Below, one piece after another: positions 1 through 8,471 of a stretch of DNA of 32,000 nt. How positions within the stretch are numbered: the stretch's first letter is position 1; every line of letters begins with the position of its first letter. The stretch comes from Mycolicibacterium smegmatis (lineage in GTDB: Bacteria; Actinomycetota; Actinomycetes; Mycobacteriales; Mycobacteriaceae), in the NCBI RefSeq assembly GCF_001457595.1, contig NZ_LN831039.1, forward strand, positions 5,280,001 through 5,312,000, read 5' to 3'. Position numbers and translations under genes: made by a program. The notes below the pieces were generated by a model, which was not told the origin of the DNA, did not search any database, and saw only the letters and a program-made list of their open reading frames with translations.

Positions 1-183
1 CCCGGCGCGGACTTCGACTTCTTCCCGCTGGCCAACCCGGGCATCGTGTCGATCCCGCTGGCGTTCATCCTGGGCATCGTCGGCACGCTGACCTCGCCGG
101 ATGACGAGGATCCCGCCATCGCCGCCGAGATGGAGGTCCGCTCGCTGACCGGTGTCGGCGCTGAAAAAGCAATTTCACACTGA
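1..183 (+). CDS. 3' end of a cation/acetate (sodium:solute symporter family, ActP-like) transporter; start lies outside the window
   Basis: Frame 1 is open from base 1 to TGA at 181-183. The translation ...FPLANPGIVSIPLAFILGIVGTLTSPDDEDPAIAAEMEVRSLTGVGAEKAISH looks like a last TM helix plus the RS-TG-G-E...H tail of ActP-type symporters. It is absent from the ORF track because it has no start codon. Confidence 0.55.
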   Translation, partial: PGADFDFFPLANPGIVSIPLAFILGIVGTLTSPDDEDPAIAAEMEVRSLTGVGAEKAISH

Positions 184-1453
184 CATCACATCTACCGGAC
201 GCCGGGTGTGGGGATTAGGTCGACGACGCGCAAGCGTTGATCGGGTCGTGCCCCACACTCGGCGTTTCTCATTTGCCCTTCTGGCCTATGCCTTCGCGGC
301 GATCATGGTCGGCACCACACTGCCGACCCCGATGTATGCGCTCTACGCCGAGCACATGAACTTCGCGGTGCTCACCACCACCGTCATCTACGCCACCTAC
401 GCCGGTGGCGTTCTGTTTGCGTTGCTGCTGTTCGGCCGCTGGTCGGACGCCATCGGCCGACGGCCCATGCTCTTGGCCGGTGTGGCGGCCGCGCTGATCA
501 GCGCCGGGGTGTTCCTGATGGCCGACTCCGTCCCGGTGCTGCTGATCGGGCGGATCTTCTCGGGCCTGTCGGCGGGCATCTTCACCGGGACCGCGACCGC
601 GGCCGTCATCGAGGCCGCACCGCCGGCCTGGCGCACCCGCGCCGCCGCGGTCGCCACCGTCGCCAACATCGGCGGCCTGGGCACCGGTCCGCTGCTCGCG
701 GGTCTGCTGGTCGAATACGCACCCCGACCGTTGCACCTGTCGTTCGTCGTCCACATCGTGATGGCGGTGCTCGCCGGCGCCGCGGTGTTCGCCGTTCCGG
801 AGACGTCGAGCAGGTCCGGCAGCATCGGCCTGCAGCGGCTCTCGGTGCCGCCCGAGGTGCGCACCGTGTTCGTCATCGCCGCCATCGCCGCGTTCGCCGG
901 TTTCGCCGTCACGGGGATGTACACGGCGGTCGCACCGTCGTTTCTGTCCAACGTGATCGGCGTCGACAACCACGCCGTCGCCGGTGCGGTCGCCTGCTCG
1001 ATCTTCGCGGCCTCGGCCGTCACACAGGTACTCGCCAACCGGGTCCAACCAGGGCGGGCCGTGGCCGTCGGCTGCGCGATCCTGATCGCCGGCATGCTCA
1101 TTCTCACTGCGGCACTGCTGTTCTCGTCACTGCCCGCACTGATCGCCGCGGCCGTCGTGTCCGGCGTCGGGCAGGGTATGAGCTTCAGCCGGGGGTTGGC
1201 CGCGATCGCTGAGAAGACCCCGCCCGACCGTCGCGCCGAGGTGAGCTCGACCTATTTCGTCGTCGCCTACGTCGCGATCTCGCTGCCCGTGGTCGGTGAG
1301 GGGCTCTCGGCGCAACACTGGGGCCTGCGCCCCGCAGGCATCGCGTTCGCTCTTGCGGTCTGCGTGCTCGCGGTGATCTGTCTGGTGGCCATCCTGGTCG
1401 AGGAATCCCGGCAGAGACGCGCCGAGAGCGCGGAATTGAGTGCTTCTACCTAG
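152..1453 (+). CDS. MFS transporter
   Basis: 433-aa ORF in the track, hydrophobic throughout with about 12 TM segments and an MFS-like loop (GRWSDAIGRRP). The start is uncertain. GTG 152 overlaps the upstream gene; in-frame GTGs at 206 and 248 lie just before the first TM segment (FSFALLAYAFAAIMVG) and are more plausible. Confidence 0.85.
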   Translation: MSALKKQFHTDITSTGRRVWGLGRRRASVDRVVPHTRRFSFALLAYAFAAIMVGTTLPTPMYALYAEHMNFAVLTTTVIYATYAGGVLFALLLFGRWSDAIGRRPMLLAGVAAALISAGVFLMADSVPVLLIGRIFSGLSAGIFTGTATAAVIEAAPPAWRTRAAAVATVANIGGLGTGPLLAGLLVEYAPRPLHLSFVVHIVMAVLAGAAVFAVPETSSRSGSIGLQRLSVPPEVRTVFVIAAIAAFAGFAVTGMYTAVAPSFLSNVIGVDNHAVAGAVACSIFAASAVTQVLANRVQPGRAVAVGCAILIAGMLILTAALLFSSLPALIAAAVVSGVGQGMSFSRGLAAIAEKTPPDRRAEVSSTYFVVAYVAISLPVVGEGLSAQHWGLRPAGIAFALAVCVLAVICLVAILVEESRQRRAESAELSAST

Positions 1454-1489
1454 AGACCCCATCGCCGACGCCCCATAGCGTTTGCTTCC

Positions 1490-2818
1490 ATGACAGCAAA
1501 CGCGATGACGGTGTTCCCCAGCCCGGCCGAGGTGGCGGCGAGCACTCCGCACGACCGTGACCGTGCCATCGACGTCATCCGCATCGTGAGCCTGGTGGGT
1601 GTGGTGCTGGGCCACACGATCATGGCGACCAGCACGATCCGCGACGACGTGTTCATCTGGAGCAACCTGCTCACGGCCTCGCCCGTGTTCCAGGCGCTGA
1701 CCTGGGTGTTCCAGATCATGCCGCTGTTCTTCTTCGCCGGGGTCGCGGCGTGCGTGCAATCGTGGCGGCCCGGCACCGCGTGGGGCGGATGGCTGCTGCG
1801 CCGCTGCACGCGGTTGTACCGCCCGGTGTTCTACTACCTGGCGTTCTGGACCGCCACGCTGGTGGTGCTGCGCGCGATCCTCCCCGTGCACGTATACGAA
1901 CCGATCGCGGGCATCTCGACACAGTTGTTGTGGTTCCTGGGCGCCTACGTCCTGGTGCTGGCCGCCGTGCCACTGCTCGCGCGCATCACCACCACCGGCC
2001 GGCTCGCCGCCGCGGTGCTCGGGACCTATGTGTTCATCGCGGCCGTCGACACCGTGCGGATCAACGCCGACGGCTACGCCACGCTGGGCTACCTCAACAC
2101 CGTGGTGTGGCTGATCCCCGGCATGCTCGGTGTCGCCTACCGCCGGCGGTTGTTGTCCGCACGTGCGGCCCTGCGGATCGGCCTGGTCATGCTCAGTGTC
2201 AACCTGGCGCTGTTGTACTTCGGCCCTTATGAATTGAGCCTCGTCGGCATCGAGACCCAGCAGCTCAAGAACATGACACCGCCGTCACTGCTGCTGGCCG
2301 GGCACGCAATCATGCTGTGCGCGTTCGCGATCGCGCTGGCACCCGCGATCACCCGGTGGGCGCAACGGCCCCGCGTGTGGTGGCTCGCCGTGATCGGCAA
2401 CTCCGGGGCGATGACGCTGTACCTGTGGCACATGCCGCTGCTGCTCGGCATGCACCTTGTGTTCGACTACGCCGGGTTCGACCGCTACGACCCGGCCTCA
2501 CCCGGTTTCGTCGCGCTGTCGGTGGTGCAGATGGTGCTGATGACGGCTCTGGTCGGTATCGCGTTCGTGGCGCTGCGCCCGCTGGAGAACAACCCGCTGC
2601 CGCTGTGGGACGGCGGATCCGTGCCCACGCCGGGGATGCGCAGCCTGACGGTCGGACTGTTGCTGTGCACGGCAGGCGCGGCGACGCTGGCCTCGGTGGC
2701 GTGGGGCCTCAAAGACCAGGGGGTCTACTGCGTCGTCGTGATGATCGCGGCGCTTGTTCTTGCGCGTTGGCTCGCAAACCCTGCTGCGATCCGCTCCGCG
2801 GCAGTCGAATTGGCCTGA
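1490..2818 (+). CDS. Acyltransferase family 3 integral membrane protein
   Basis: 442-aa ORF starting at ATG 1490. N-terminal IDVIRIVSLVGVVLGH plus about 10 hydrophobic segments is typical of acyltransferase_3 (OafA/YrhL-like) proteins. Confidence 0.8.
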   Translation: MTANAMTVFPSPAEVAASTPHDRDRAIDVIRIVSLVGVVLGHTIMATSTIRDDVFIWSNLLTASPVFQALTWVFQIMPLFFFAGVAACVQSWRPGTAWGGWLLRRCTRLYRPVFYYLAFWTATLVVLRAILPVHVYEPIAGISTQLLWFLGAYVLVLAAVPLLARITTTGRLAAAVLGTYVFIAAVDTVRINADGYATLGYLNTVVWLIPGMLGVAYRRRLLSARAALRIGLVMLSVNLALLYFGPYELSLVGIETQQLKNMTPPSLLLAGHAIMLCAFAIALAPAITRWAQRPRVWWLAVIGNSGAMTLYLWHMPLLLGMHLVFDYAGFDRYDPASPGFVALSVVQMVLMTALVGIAFVALRPLENNPLPLWDGGSVPTPGMRSLTVGLLLCTAGAATLASVAWGLKDQGVYCVVVMIAALVLARWLANPAAIRSAAVELA

Positions 2819-2819
2819 A

Positions 2820-2990
2820 CTACCCGCTCTTACGCCGGAACTCGCGGCGGTTTTCGACGGGGCCGTGTGACCGTGGCTGGGTCCGTCCGGCGTCCTTGTG
2901 GTCGGCTCCGCCTGCCGCCTTGGCCTTCTTGCGCTCCAGCGCCTCCCGGAACTTGCGCTTGTTGTCGCTCTCGGGAGTCTCGTCGGTCAT
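2820..2990 (-). CDS. Small conserved actinobacterial protein (DUF5302-like), 56 aa
   Basis: Not in the ORF track (under 60 aa); I translated it by hand. ATG at 2990-2988, TAG at 2822-2820, product MTDETPESDNKRKFREALERKKAKAAGGADHKDAGRTQPRSHGPVENRREFRRKSG. The KRKFREALERK...FRRKSG pattern matches my memory of the DUF5302 family. It exactly fills the gap between two genes. Confidence 0.65.
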   Translation of the reverse strand: MTDETPESDNKRKFREALERKKAKAAGGADHKDAGRTQPRSHGPVENRREFRRKSG

Positions 2991-3008
2991 GCGCTCAGCC
3001 TAGACCGC

Positions 3009-3461
<453 letters not shown>

Positions 3462-3518
3462 CTACGTCGTTTCTCGGGAGGATCCCGCCGTCGCGCGCAG
3501 ATCTTTACGATCGTCTCG

Positions 3519-4532
3519 ATGGCGACGATCGACGGCAACACTCTCGAGGGGATCTCGGCGACCACGCCGTGGACGCTCCACCACCGAGCAAGCGGGGCCA
3601 AGCGCTCCAACGTGGTTCGTTTTCTGGCCCCGCTGCTCGCAGCGATCGTGACGTCGGCCGGGTGCGGTGCGCTGCCCACGGAGGTGACCGAGACGCCCGC
3701 CGCGGCCGAGGTCGAGGTGCTGCCCGAGGTGACCGTTCAGCGCTTCGAGTACGCCGCGGACAGCGAGCAGAACTGGGCCGACCTGTACCTGCCTGCCGGT
3801 CCGCAGCAGGTGGACTCGATCCCGCTGGTGGTCCTCATCCACGGCGGAGCGTGGCAGAGCAAGCTCGGCGCCGACGTGTTCGACGGCCTCGCCAGGGAAC
3901 TCGCCGACCACGGTATGGCCGTCTACAACATCGAGTACCGCCGCGTCGGCTCCGGCGGCGGCTGGCCCACGACGTTCCACGACGTGGCCACCGCCCTCGA
4001 CTACGTCACCGAGGTGGACAAGAGGTTCCCGCAGCTCACCGTCGACGACGAACTCGTCGTCGGGCACAGTGCGGGCGCGCAACTCGCGGTGTGGGCGGGC
4101 ACCCGGCACAAGCTGCGTGACGACGAGGTCGGCTCGCACCCGTCGTTCCGGCCCACGCGCGTCGTCTCGCTGGCCGGGCCGCTGGACATGGTGTACGCGG
4201 CCGAGCACGGCGACCACCACATCGTGCGCGTGCTCGGCGGCCGCCCCACCGAGGTGCCGGACCGCTACACCTCGGTGGACCCGATCCAGAACATCGATCC
4301 CGAGGTGCCGGTGCTCGCCCTGCACGGGACCCGCGACACCGTCGTGTCGCCCGAGAATTCCAGGCGCTACGTCGCCGCGGTCAAACAGCAGGGCGGGCGC
4401 GCCGCGGTGAAGATGCTGACCGGCGAAAACCACACCTCGATCGTGTCGTTGCGCTCGCCCAGCCACGACGAGGTGCTGCGCGCGATCACCACGACCTCAC
4501 AAACCGATTTGGACGACCTGCTGACCGAGTGA
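3519..4532 (+). CDS. Alpha/beta hydrolase (esterase/lipase), probable lipoprotein
   Basis: ORF 3453..4532. VVLIHGGAW oxyanion motif, GHSAGA nucleophile elbow, late HGTRD and H residues. LAPLLAAIVTSAGC looks like a signal peptide plus lipobox. Track start 3453 abuts the divergent gene with zero spacing, so ATG 3519 or GTG 3612 (MVRFLAPLL...) is more likely. Confidence 0.8.
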   Translation: MATIDGNTLEGISATTPWTLHHRASGAKRSNVVRFLAPLLAAIVTSAGCGALPTEVTETPAAAEVEVLPEVTVQRFEYAADSEQNWADLYLPAGPQQVDSIPLVVLIHGGAWQSKLGADVFDGLARELADHGMAVYNIEYRRVGSGGGWPTTFHDVATALDYVTEVDKRFPQLTVDDELVVGHSAGAQLAVWAGTRHKLRDDEVGSHPSFRPTRVVSLAGPLDMVYAAEHGDHHIVRVLGGRPTEVPDRYTSVDPIQNIDPEVPVLALHGTRDTVVSPENSRRYVAAVKQQGGRAAVKMLTGENHTSIVSLRSPSHDEVLRAITTTSQTDLDDLLTE

Positions 4533-4551
4533 CGGACTACGCTGACGTGCC

Positions 4552-5067
4552 ATGACGCGCTATGCGGCCTTCCTGCGCGGGGTGAACGTCGGTGGCATCA
4601 ACATCAAGATGGCCGAGCTGGCGCGCGTGCTCACCGATGCCGGATTCGACGACGTCCGCACCATCCTTGCAAGCGGGAATGTCCTGCTGGACAGCGCATC
4701 CGACGCGGACGGTGTGCGTGAGACCGCCGAGCGTGCACTGCGTGAGGCGTTCGGATACGAGGCGTGGGTGCTGGTCTACGACCTCGGGCAACTCGCCCGG
4801 ATCTCGGCCGCGTACCCGTTCGAGCGCGAGGTCGAGGACCACCACTCGTACGTGACGTTCGTCAGTGACCCCGCCGTGCTCGACGAACTCGCCGCGCTGC
4901 CGCCCGGTCCGGGTGAGCAGGTGCGACGCGGTGACGGCGTGCTCTACTGGCAGGTGCCGCGCACCGCGACGCTGGACAGCGCGATCGGCAAGACCATGGG
5001 CAAGAAGCGATACAAGTCCTCGACCACCACCCGCAACCTGCGCACGCTCGACAAAGTGTTGCGCTGA
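4552..5067 (+). CDS. DUF1697 domain protein
   Basis: 171-aa ORF. The N-terminus MTRYAAFLRGVNVGGINIKMAELARVL is the characteristic DUF1697 start. Confidence 0.8.
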   Translation: MTRYAAFLRGVNVGGINIKMAELARVLTDAGFDDVRTILASGNVLLDSASDADGVRETAERALREAFGYEAWVLVYDLGQLARISAAYPFEREVEDHHSYVTFVSDPAVLDELAALPPGPGEQVRRGDGVLYWQVPRTATLDSAIGKTMGKKRYKSSTTTRNLRTLDKVLR

Positions 5068-5090
5068 CCGGTTTCGGTACATTCGGGCAG

Positions 5091-5927
5091 GTGACGACCG
5101 ATGCCACCGCACGCACCAGAGTCTCGCTGACCGGGGTCTCCGAAACCGCGCTGCTCACGCTGCAGGTTCGGGCGAACGAGGCGCGTCGCCCCGACGGACT
5201 CATCAAGGATCCCATGGCCGTGCAGCTCGTCGATTCGATCGACTTCGACTTCGCCAAGTTCGGCCACTCGCACCGCCAGGACATGGCGCTGCGGTCGCTG
5301 ATCTTCGACCGCGCCACGAGCGACTACCTGCGGGATCATCCGAAGGCGACCGTGGTGGCGCTCGCCGAGGGGCTGCAGACCAGCTTCTACCGGCTCAACG
5401 AGGCCGGCGTCGGTGATCAGTTCTGCTGGCTCACGGTGGATCTGCCGCCGATGGTCGAGATCCGGAACAAGCTGCTGCCGCCGTCGGACCGGGTGCGCAC
5501 GCGTGCGCAGTCGGCGCTCGACTACAGCTGGATGGACCAGGTCGACGACTCCGAGGGCGTGTTCATCACCGCCGAAGGGCTGCTGATGTACCTGCAGCCC
5601 GAGGAGTCCATGGGCCTGATCAAGGAATGCGCGCGGCGCTTCCCGGACGGCCAGATGATCTTCGACCTGCCGCCGTCGTGGTTCGCCGCGTGGGCGCGCA
5701 AGGGCATGCGCACATCGCGGCGCTACCGGGTGCCGCCGATGCCGTTCAGCCTCTCCCCGGCCGAGGTCGCCGACCTGGTGAACACCGTGCCCGGTGTGCG
5801 CGTGGTGCACGATCTGCCGTTCCCGCCGGCGCGCGGCAAGTTCATGCGCACCGTGGTGTGGGGCGTGCAGCGCCTGCCGCTGTTCGACCCCATCCGCCCC
5901 GTCATGGCGCTGCTCGAGTTCGGCTGA
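5091..5927 (+). CDS. omt: SAM-dependent O-methyltransferase (TcmP / leucine carboxyl methyltransferase-like), Rv1153c-like
   Basis: 278-aa ORF with a GTG start. GVSETALLTLQVRANEARRPDGLIKDP and VVALAEGLQT motifs are typical of the TcmP/LCM methyltransferase family. Its position between DUF1697 and GntR/Sir2 matches Mtb omt (Rv1153c). Confidence 0.8.
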   Translation: MTTDATARTRVSLTGVSETALLTLQVRANEARRPDGLIKDPMAVQLVDSIDFDFAKFGHSHRQDMALRSLIFDRATSDYLRDHPKATVVALAEGLQTSFYRLNEAGVGDQFCWLTVDLPPMVEIRNKLLPPSDRVRTRAQSALDYSWMDQVDDSEGVFITAEGLLMYLQPEESMGLIKECARRFPDGQMIFDLPPSWFAAWARKGMRTSRRYRVPPMPFSLSPAEVADLVNTVPGVRVVHDLPFPPARGKFMRTVVWGVQRLPLFDPIRPVMALLEFG

Positions 5928-5939
5928 GCGCGCCTGGCG

Positions 5940-6305
5940 TCAGTCCAGCGCGGACTCGATGTAGCGCAGCGCGTCGTCCCTGGAGATTCCCAGCGACCGG
6001 GCCGCCTCGGCGAACGAGTTGGCCGCGGCGGCCATGGCGGCGTCGGCCGGATCGGCGCGCGCCACGAAGGTGCCGAACCGCCCCCGCGTCTCCAGCACCC
6101 CCGCAGCTTCGAGTTCCCGGTAGGACCGGGCCACGGTGTTGACGGCCAGACCGACGTGCGTGGCAAGTTCGCGCACGGTGGGTAATCGGGTGCCCGGAGA
6201 CAGTCGCCCGTCTCGGATCCCATCGATGATCTGTACCCTGAGCTGGTCAAACAACGGTTTGTCGCTATCGGGATCTATAGAGACCCAATCCCCCAATTCG
6301 GTCAC
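5940..6305 (-). CDS. GntR family transcriptional regulator (short, YhcF-like)
   Basis: 121-aa ORF with a winged-helix motif [65 protein letters not shown]. It is divergent from the Sir2 gene, like Mtb Rv1152/Rv1151c. Confidence 0.85.
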
Positions 6306-6370
6306 ACCCTTGAGTATGCTCCTTTATCCGTCCAGGTCCTCCTGACCCGCCGTCCCGAAGACCCGCTACC

Positions 6371-7102
6371 TTGGTTGACGTGCAAGTTACTGTGCTCAGC
6401 GGCGCCGGGATCTCGGCAGAAAGCGGCGTGCCCACGTTCCGCGACGCCGAGACCGGCCTGTGGGCCCAGGTCGACCCGTACGAGATCTCCAGCACCGACG
6501 GTTGGCAGCGCAACCCCGAGAAGGTGTGGGCCTGGTATCTGTGGCGGCACTACATGATGGCGCGGGTCGCGCCCAACGAAGCGCACCGCACCGTGGCCGC
6601 CTGGGAGGACCACCTCGACGTGCGCGTCGTCACCCAGAACATCGACGATCTGCACGAGCGCGCGGGCAGCACCAATGTGTACCACCTGCACGGCAGCCTG
6701 TTCGAATTCCGTTGTGACGCTTGCGGGTCTGCGTTCGAGGGCAACCTCCCCGAGATGCCGGAACCGGTCGAGACCATCGACCCGCCGGTGTGCCCGTGCA
6801 GCGGCCTGATCCGTCCCAGCGTGGTGTGGTTCGGCGAGCCGCTGCCCGACGCCGCCTGGAATCGCTCGGTGCTCGCGGTGAGCAGCGCCGACGTGGTGAT
6901 CGTGGTCGGCACGAGTTCGATCGTCTACCCGGCCGCCGGTCTCCCCGAGGCGGCCCTGGCCGCGGGAAAGCCCGTCATCGAGGTCAACCCCGAGCGCACG
7001 CCGCTGTCCGACAGCGCCACGGTCTCGTTGCGCGAGACCGCCAGCGAGGCACTTCCGACGTTGTTGCAGCGCCTGCCCGAACTGCTCAACCGCTCGGCCT
7101 GA
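6371..7102 (+). CDS. NAD-dependent protein deacylase (Sir2/CobB family sirtuin)
   Basis: 243-aa ORF with [30 protein letters not shown], a Zn ribbon CDACG...CPCSG and VWFGE motifs. The track start is TTG 6371; in-frame GTG 6380 ([10 protein letters not shown]) is equally plausible. Confidence 0.9.
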   Translation: MVDVQVTVLSGAGISAESGVPTFRDAETGLWAQVDPYEISSTDGWQRNPEKVWAWYLWRHYMMARVAPNEAHRTVAAWEDHLDVRVVTQNIDDLHERAGSTNVYHLHGSLFEFRCDACGSAFEGNLPEMPEPVETIDPPVCPCSGLIRPSVVWFGEPLPDAAWNRSVLAVSSADVVIVVGTSSIVYPAAGLPEAALAAGKPVIEVNPERTPLSDSATVSLRETASEALPTLLQRLPELLNRSA

Positions 7103-7105
7103 ACT

Positions 7106-7756
7106 CTAGGGCCGCACCGCCCGGCCGATCGCGAACTCCGTGGTGGGCACCGGCACCCACGCCGGCAGGACCTGCTCGCGTCGGCGCCCCCGCACGCCGA
7201 ACCCGCTGGACGCGATGACCTGCTCGGTGTGACGGTGCGTGTGGCAGCCGCCGAACAGCTTCGGCCACACGGTCGCGTCGGCCAGGCGCTGCAGCCGGGC
7301 CTGGAAGCCCGTGCCCGCCACATGCTCCAGGTAGCGCAGCTCACCGCCCGGGCGCAACAGTGAATACAGCTGTCCGACAACCTGTTCCGGGTCGTCAACC
7401 GAACACAGCACCAACGAGCACACCACTGCGTCGAACGGCTGTGCGCTGGCAAAGGTTTCGATGGTGTCGCCGGTGACCGAGACCGGCACCGGCGCCTTCG
7501 CCGCGGCCTGACGCGCCACGTCGGCGAGCCTGCGTTCGGGTTCGATGGCCACGACCTCGTCGACCGTGGACGGATAGAACTCGAAGTTGGTGCCGGTGCC
7601 CGCGCCCACCTCGAGCACGCGTCCGCTCAGCCCGGCGAGGTTCTCCGCGCGCATGCGGCGCACCGACTCGGTCTCGTGTGTCGACAGCGTCTTCCACAGC
7701 CACGCGAAGAACGGGTTGTCGACGGGTTCGGGCTGTGCCGCGTCAGTTGGGGGCAT
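7106..7756 (-). CDS. Class I SAM-dependent methyltransferase
   Basis: ORF 7106..7762. The motif I region VLEVGAGTGTN and later LRPGGELRYLEH are typical of Methyltransf_11/25. The track start is TTG 7762; ATG 7756 is two codons in. Either start overlaps the 3' end of the TetR gene (14 or 20 nt). Confidence 0.8.
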   Translation of the reverse strand: MPPTDAAQPEPVDNPFFAWLWKTLSTHETESVRRMRAENLAGLSGRVLEVGAGTGTNFEFYPSTVDEVVAIEPERRLADVARQAAAKAPVPVSVTGDTIETFASAQPFDAVVCSLVLCSVDDPEQVVGQLYSLLRPGGELRYLEHVAGTGFQARLQRLADATVWPKLFGGCHTHRHTEQVIASSGFGVRGRRREQVLPAWVPVPTTEFAIGRAVRP

Positions 7757-8471
7757 CGGCAAGTCCTTTCAGTCGTGCGACGGCCTCACTGGGTGTCACG
7801 TCGTTGCCGATGATGCCCGACACGATGTGGCCCGAACAGACCGCGCGCAGAACCCGATCGGCGAACTCGTGCGTATCTCCCCACGGCAGATACGGCTTGG
7901 CGATCAGCATCGCGGCCACACCGTGCGCGGCGGTCCACAATTCCAGCGCCCAGGTGGTGGCGTCACCGGGCGGGTAGATCCCCTCGTCCATCAGCTTCTC
8001 GATCGTCGCGCGCATGTGCCGGAACGCCGAACTGTTCAAGGTGATGTCGACGTCGCTGCCGGGGCGGCCCTCGGCCATCGTGGCCAGCCGGTACAGCTCG
8101 GGGGTCTGGGTCGCGAACTCCACGTAGGCCAGCCCCTGGGCGCGCAGCACGTCGATGGTCGACGGCTGGCCCGCCGCCACGCGCTGCATCTGCTGGTCGA
8201 GTTTCTCGAAGTACCGCGCGCACACCGCATCCAGCAGGGCGTCCTTGTCGGCGAAGTGCAGATAGATCGACGGTGGTGTCACCCCGACCCGTTTGGCCAC
8301 GGCGCGGATCGAGACATCTTTGGCGTGGCCGGTTTCCAGCAGCAGATCGGTGGTGGCGTCGAGGATCTCCTCACGCAACAGCTCGCCGGAGCCGCGGCGG
8401 GCACGCCGGCGCTTGATCGGGCACGGCGAGTTCGCGCCCGCATGCGGGTTCGGTGTCGGCACGCTACCCAC
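7743..8471 (-). CDS. TetR/AcrR family transcriptional regulator
   Basis: 242-aa ORF with HTH REEILDATTDLLLETGHAKDVSIRAVAKRVGVTPPSIYLHFADKDALL. The GTG start overlaps the stop of the MMPL gene by 8 nt (GTGGGTAG). Confidence 0.9.
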   Translation of the reverse strand: MGSVPTPNPHAGANSPCPIKRRRARRGSGELLREEILDATTDLLLETGHAKDVSIRAVAKRVGVTPPSIYLHFADKDALLDAVCARYFEKLDQQMQRVAAGQPSTIDVLRAQGLAYVEFATQTPELYRLATMAEGRPGSDVDITLNSSAFRHMRATIEKLMDEGIYPPGDATTWALELWTAAHGVAAMLIAKPYLPWGDTHEFADRVLRAVCSGHIVSGIIGNDVTPSEAVARLKGLADAPN

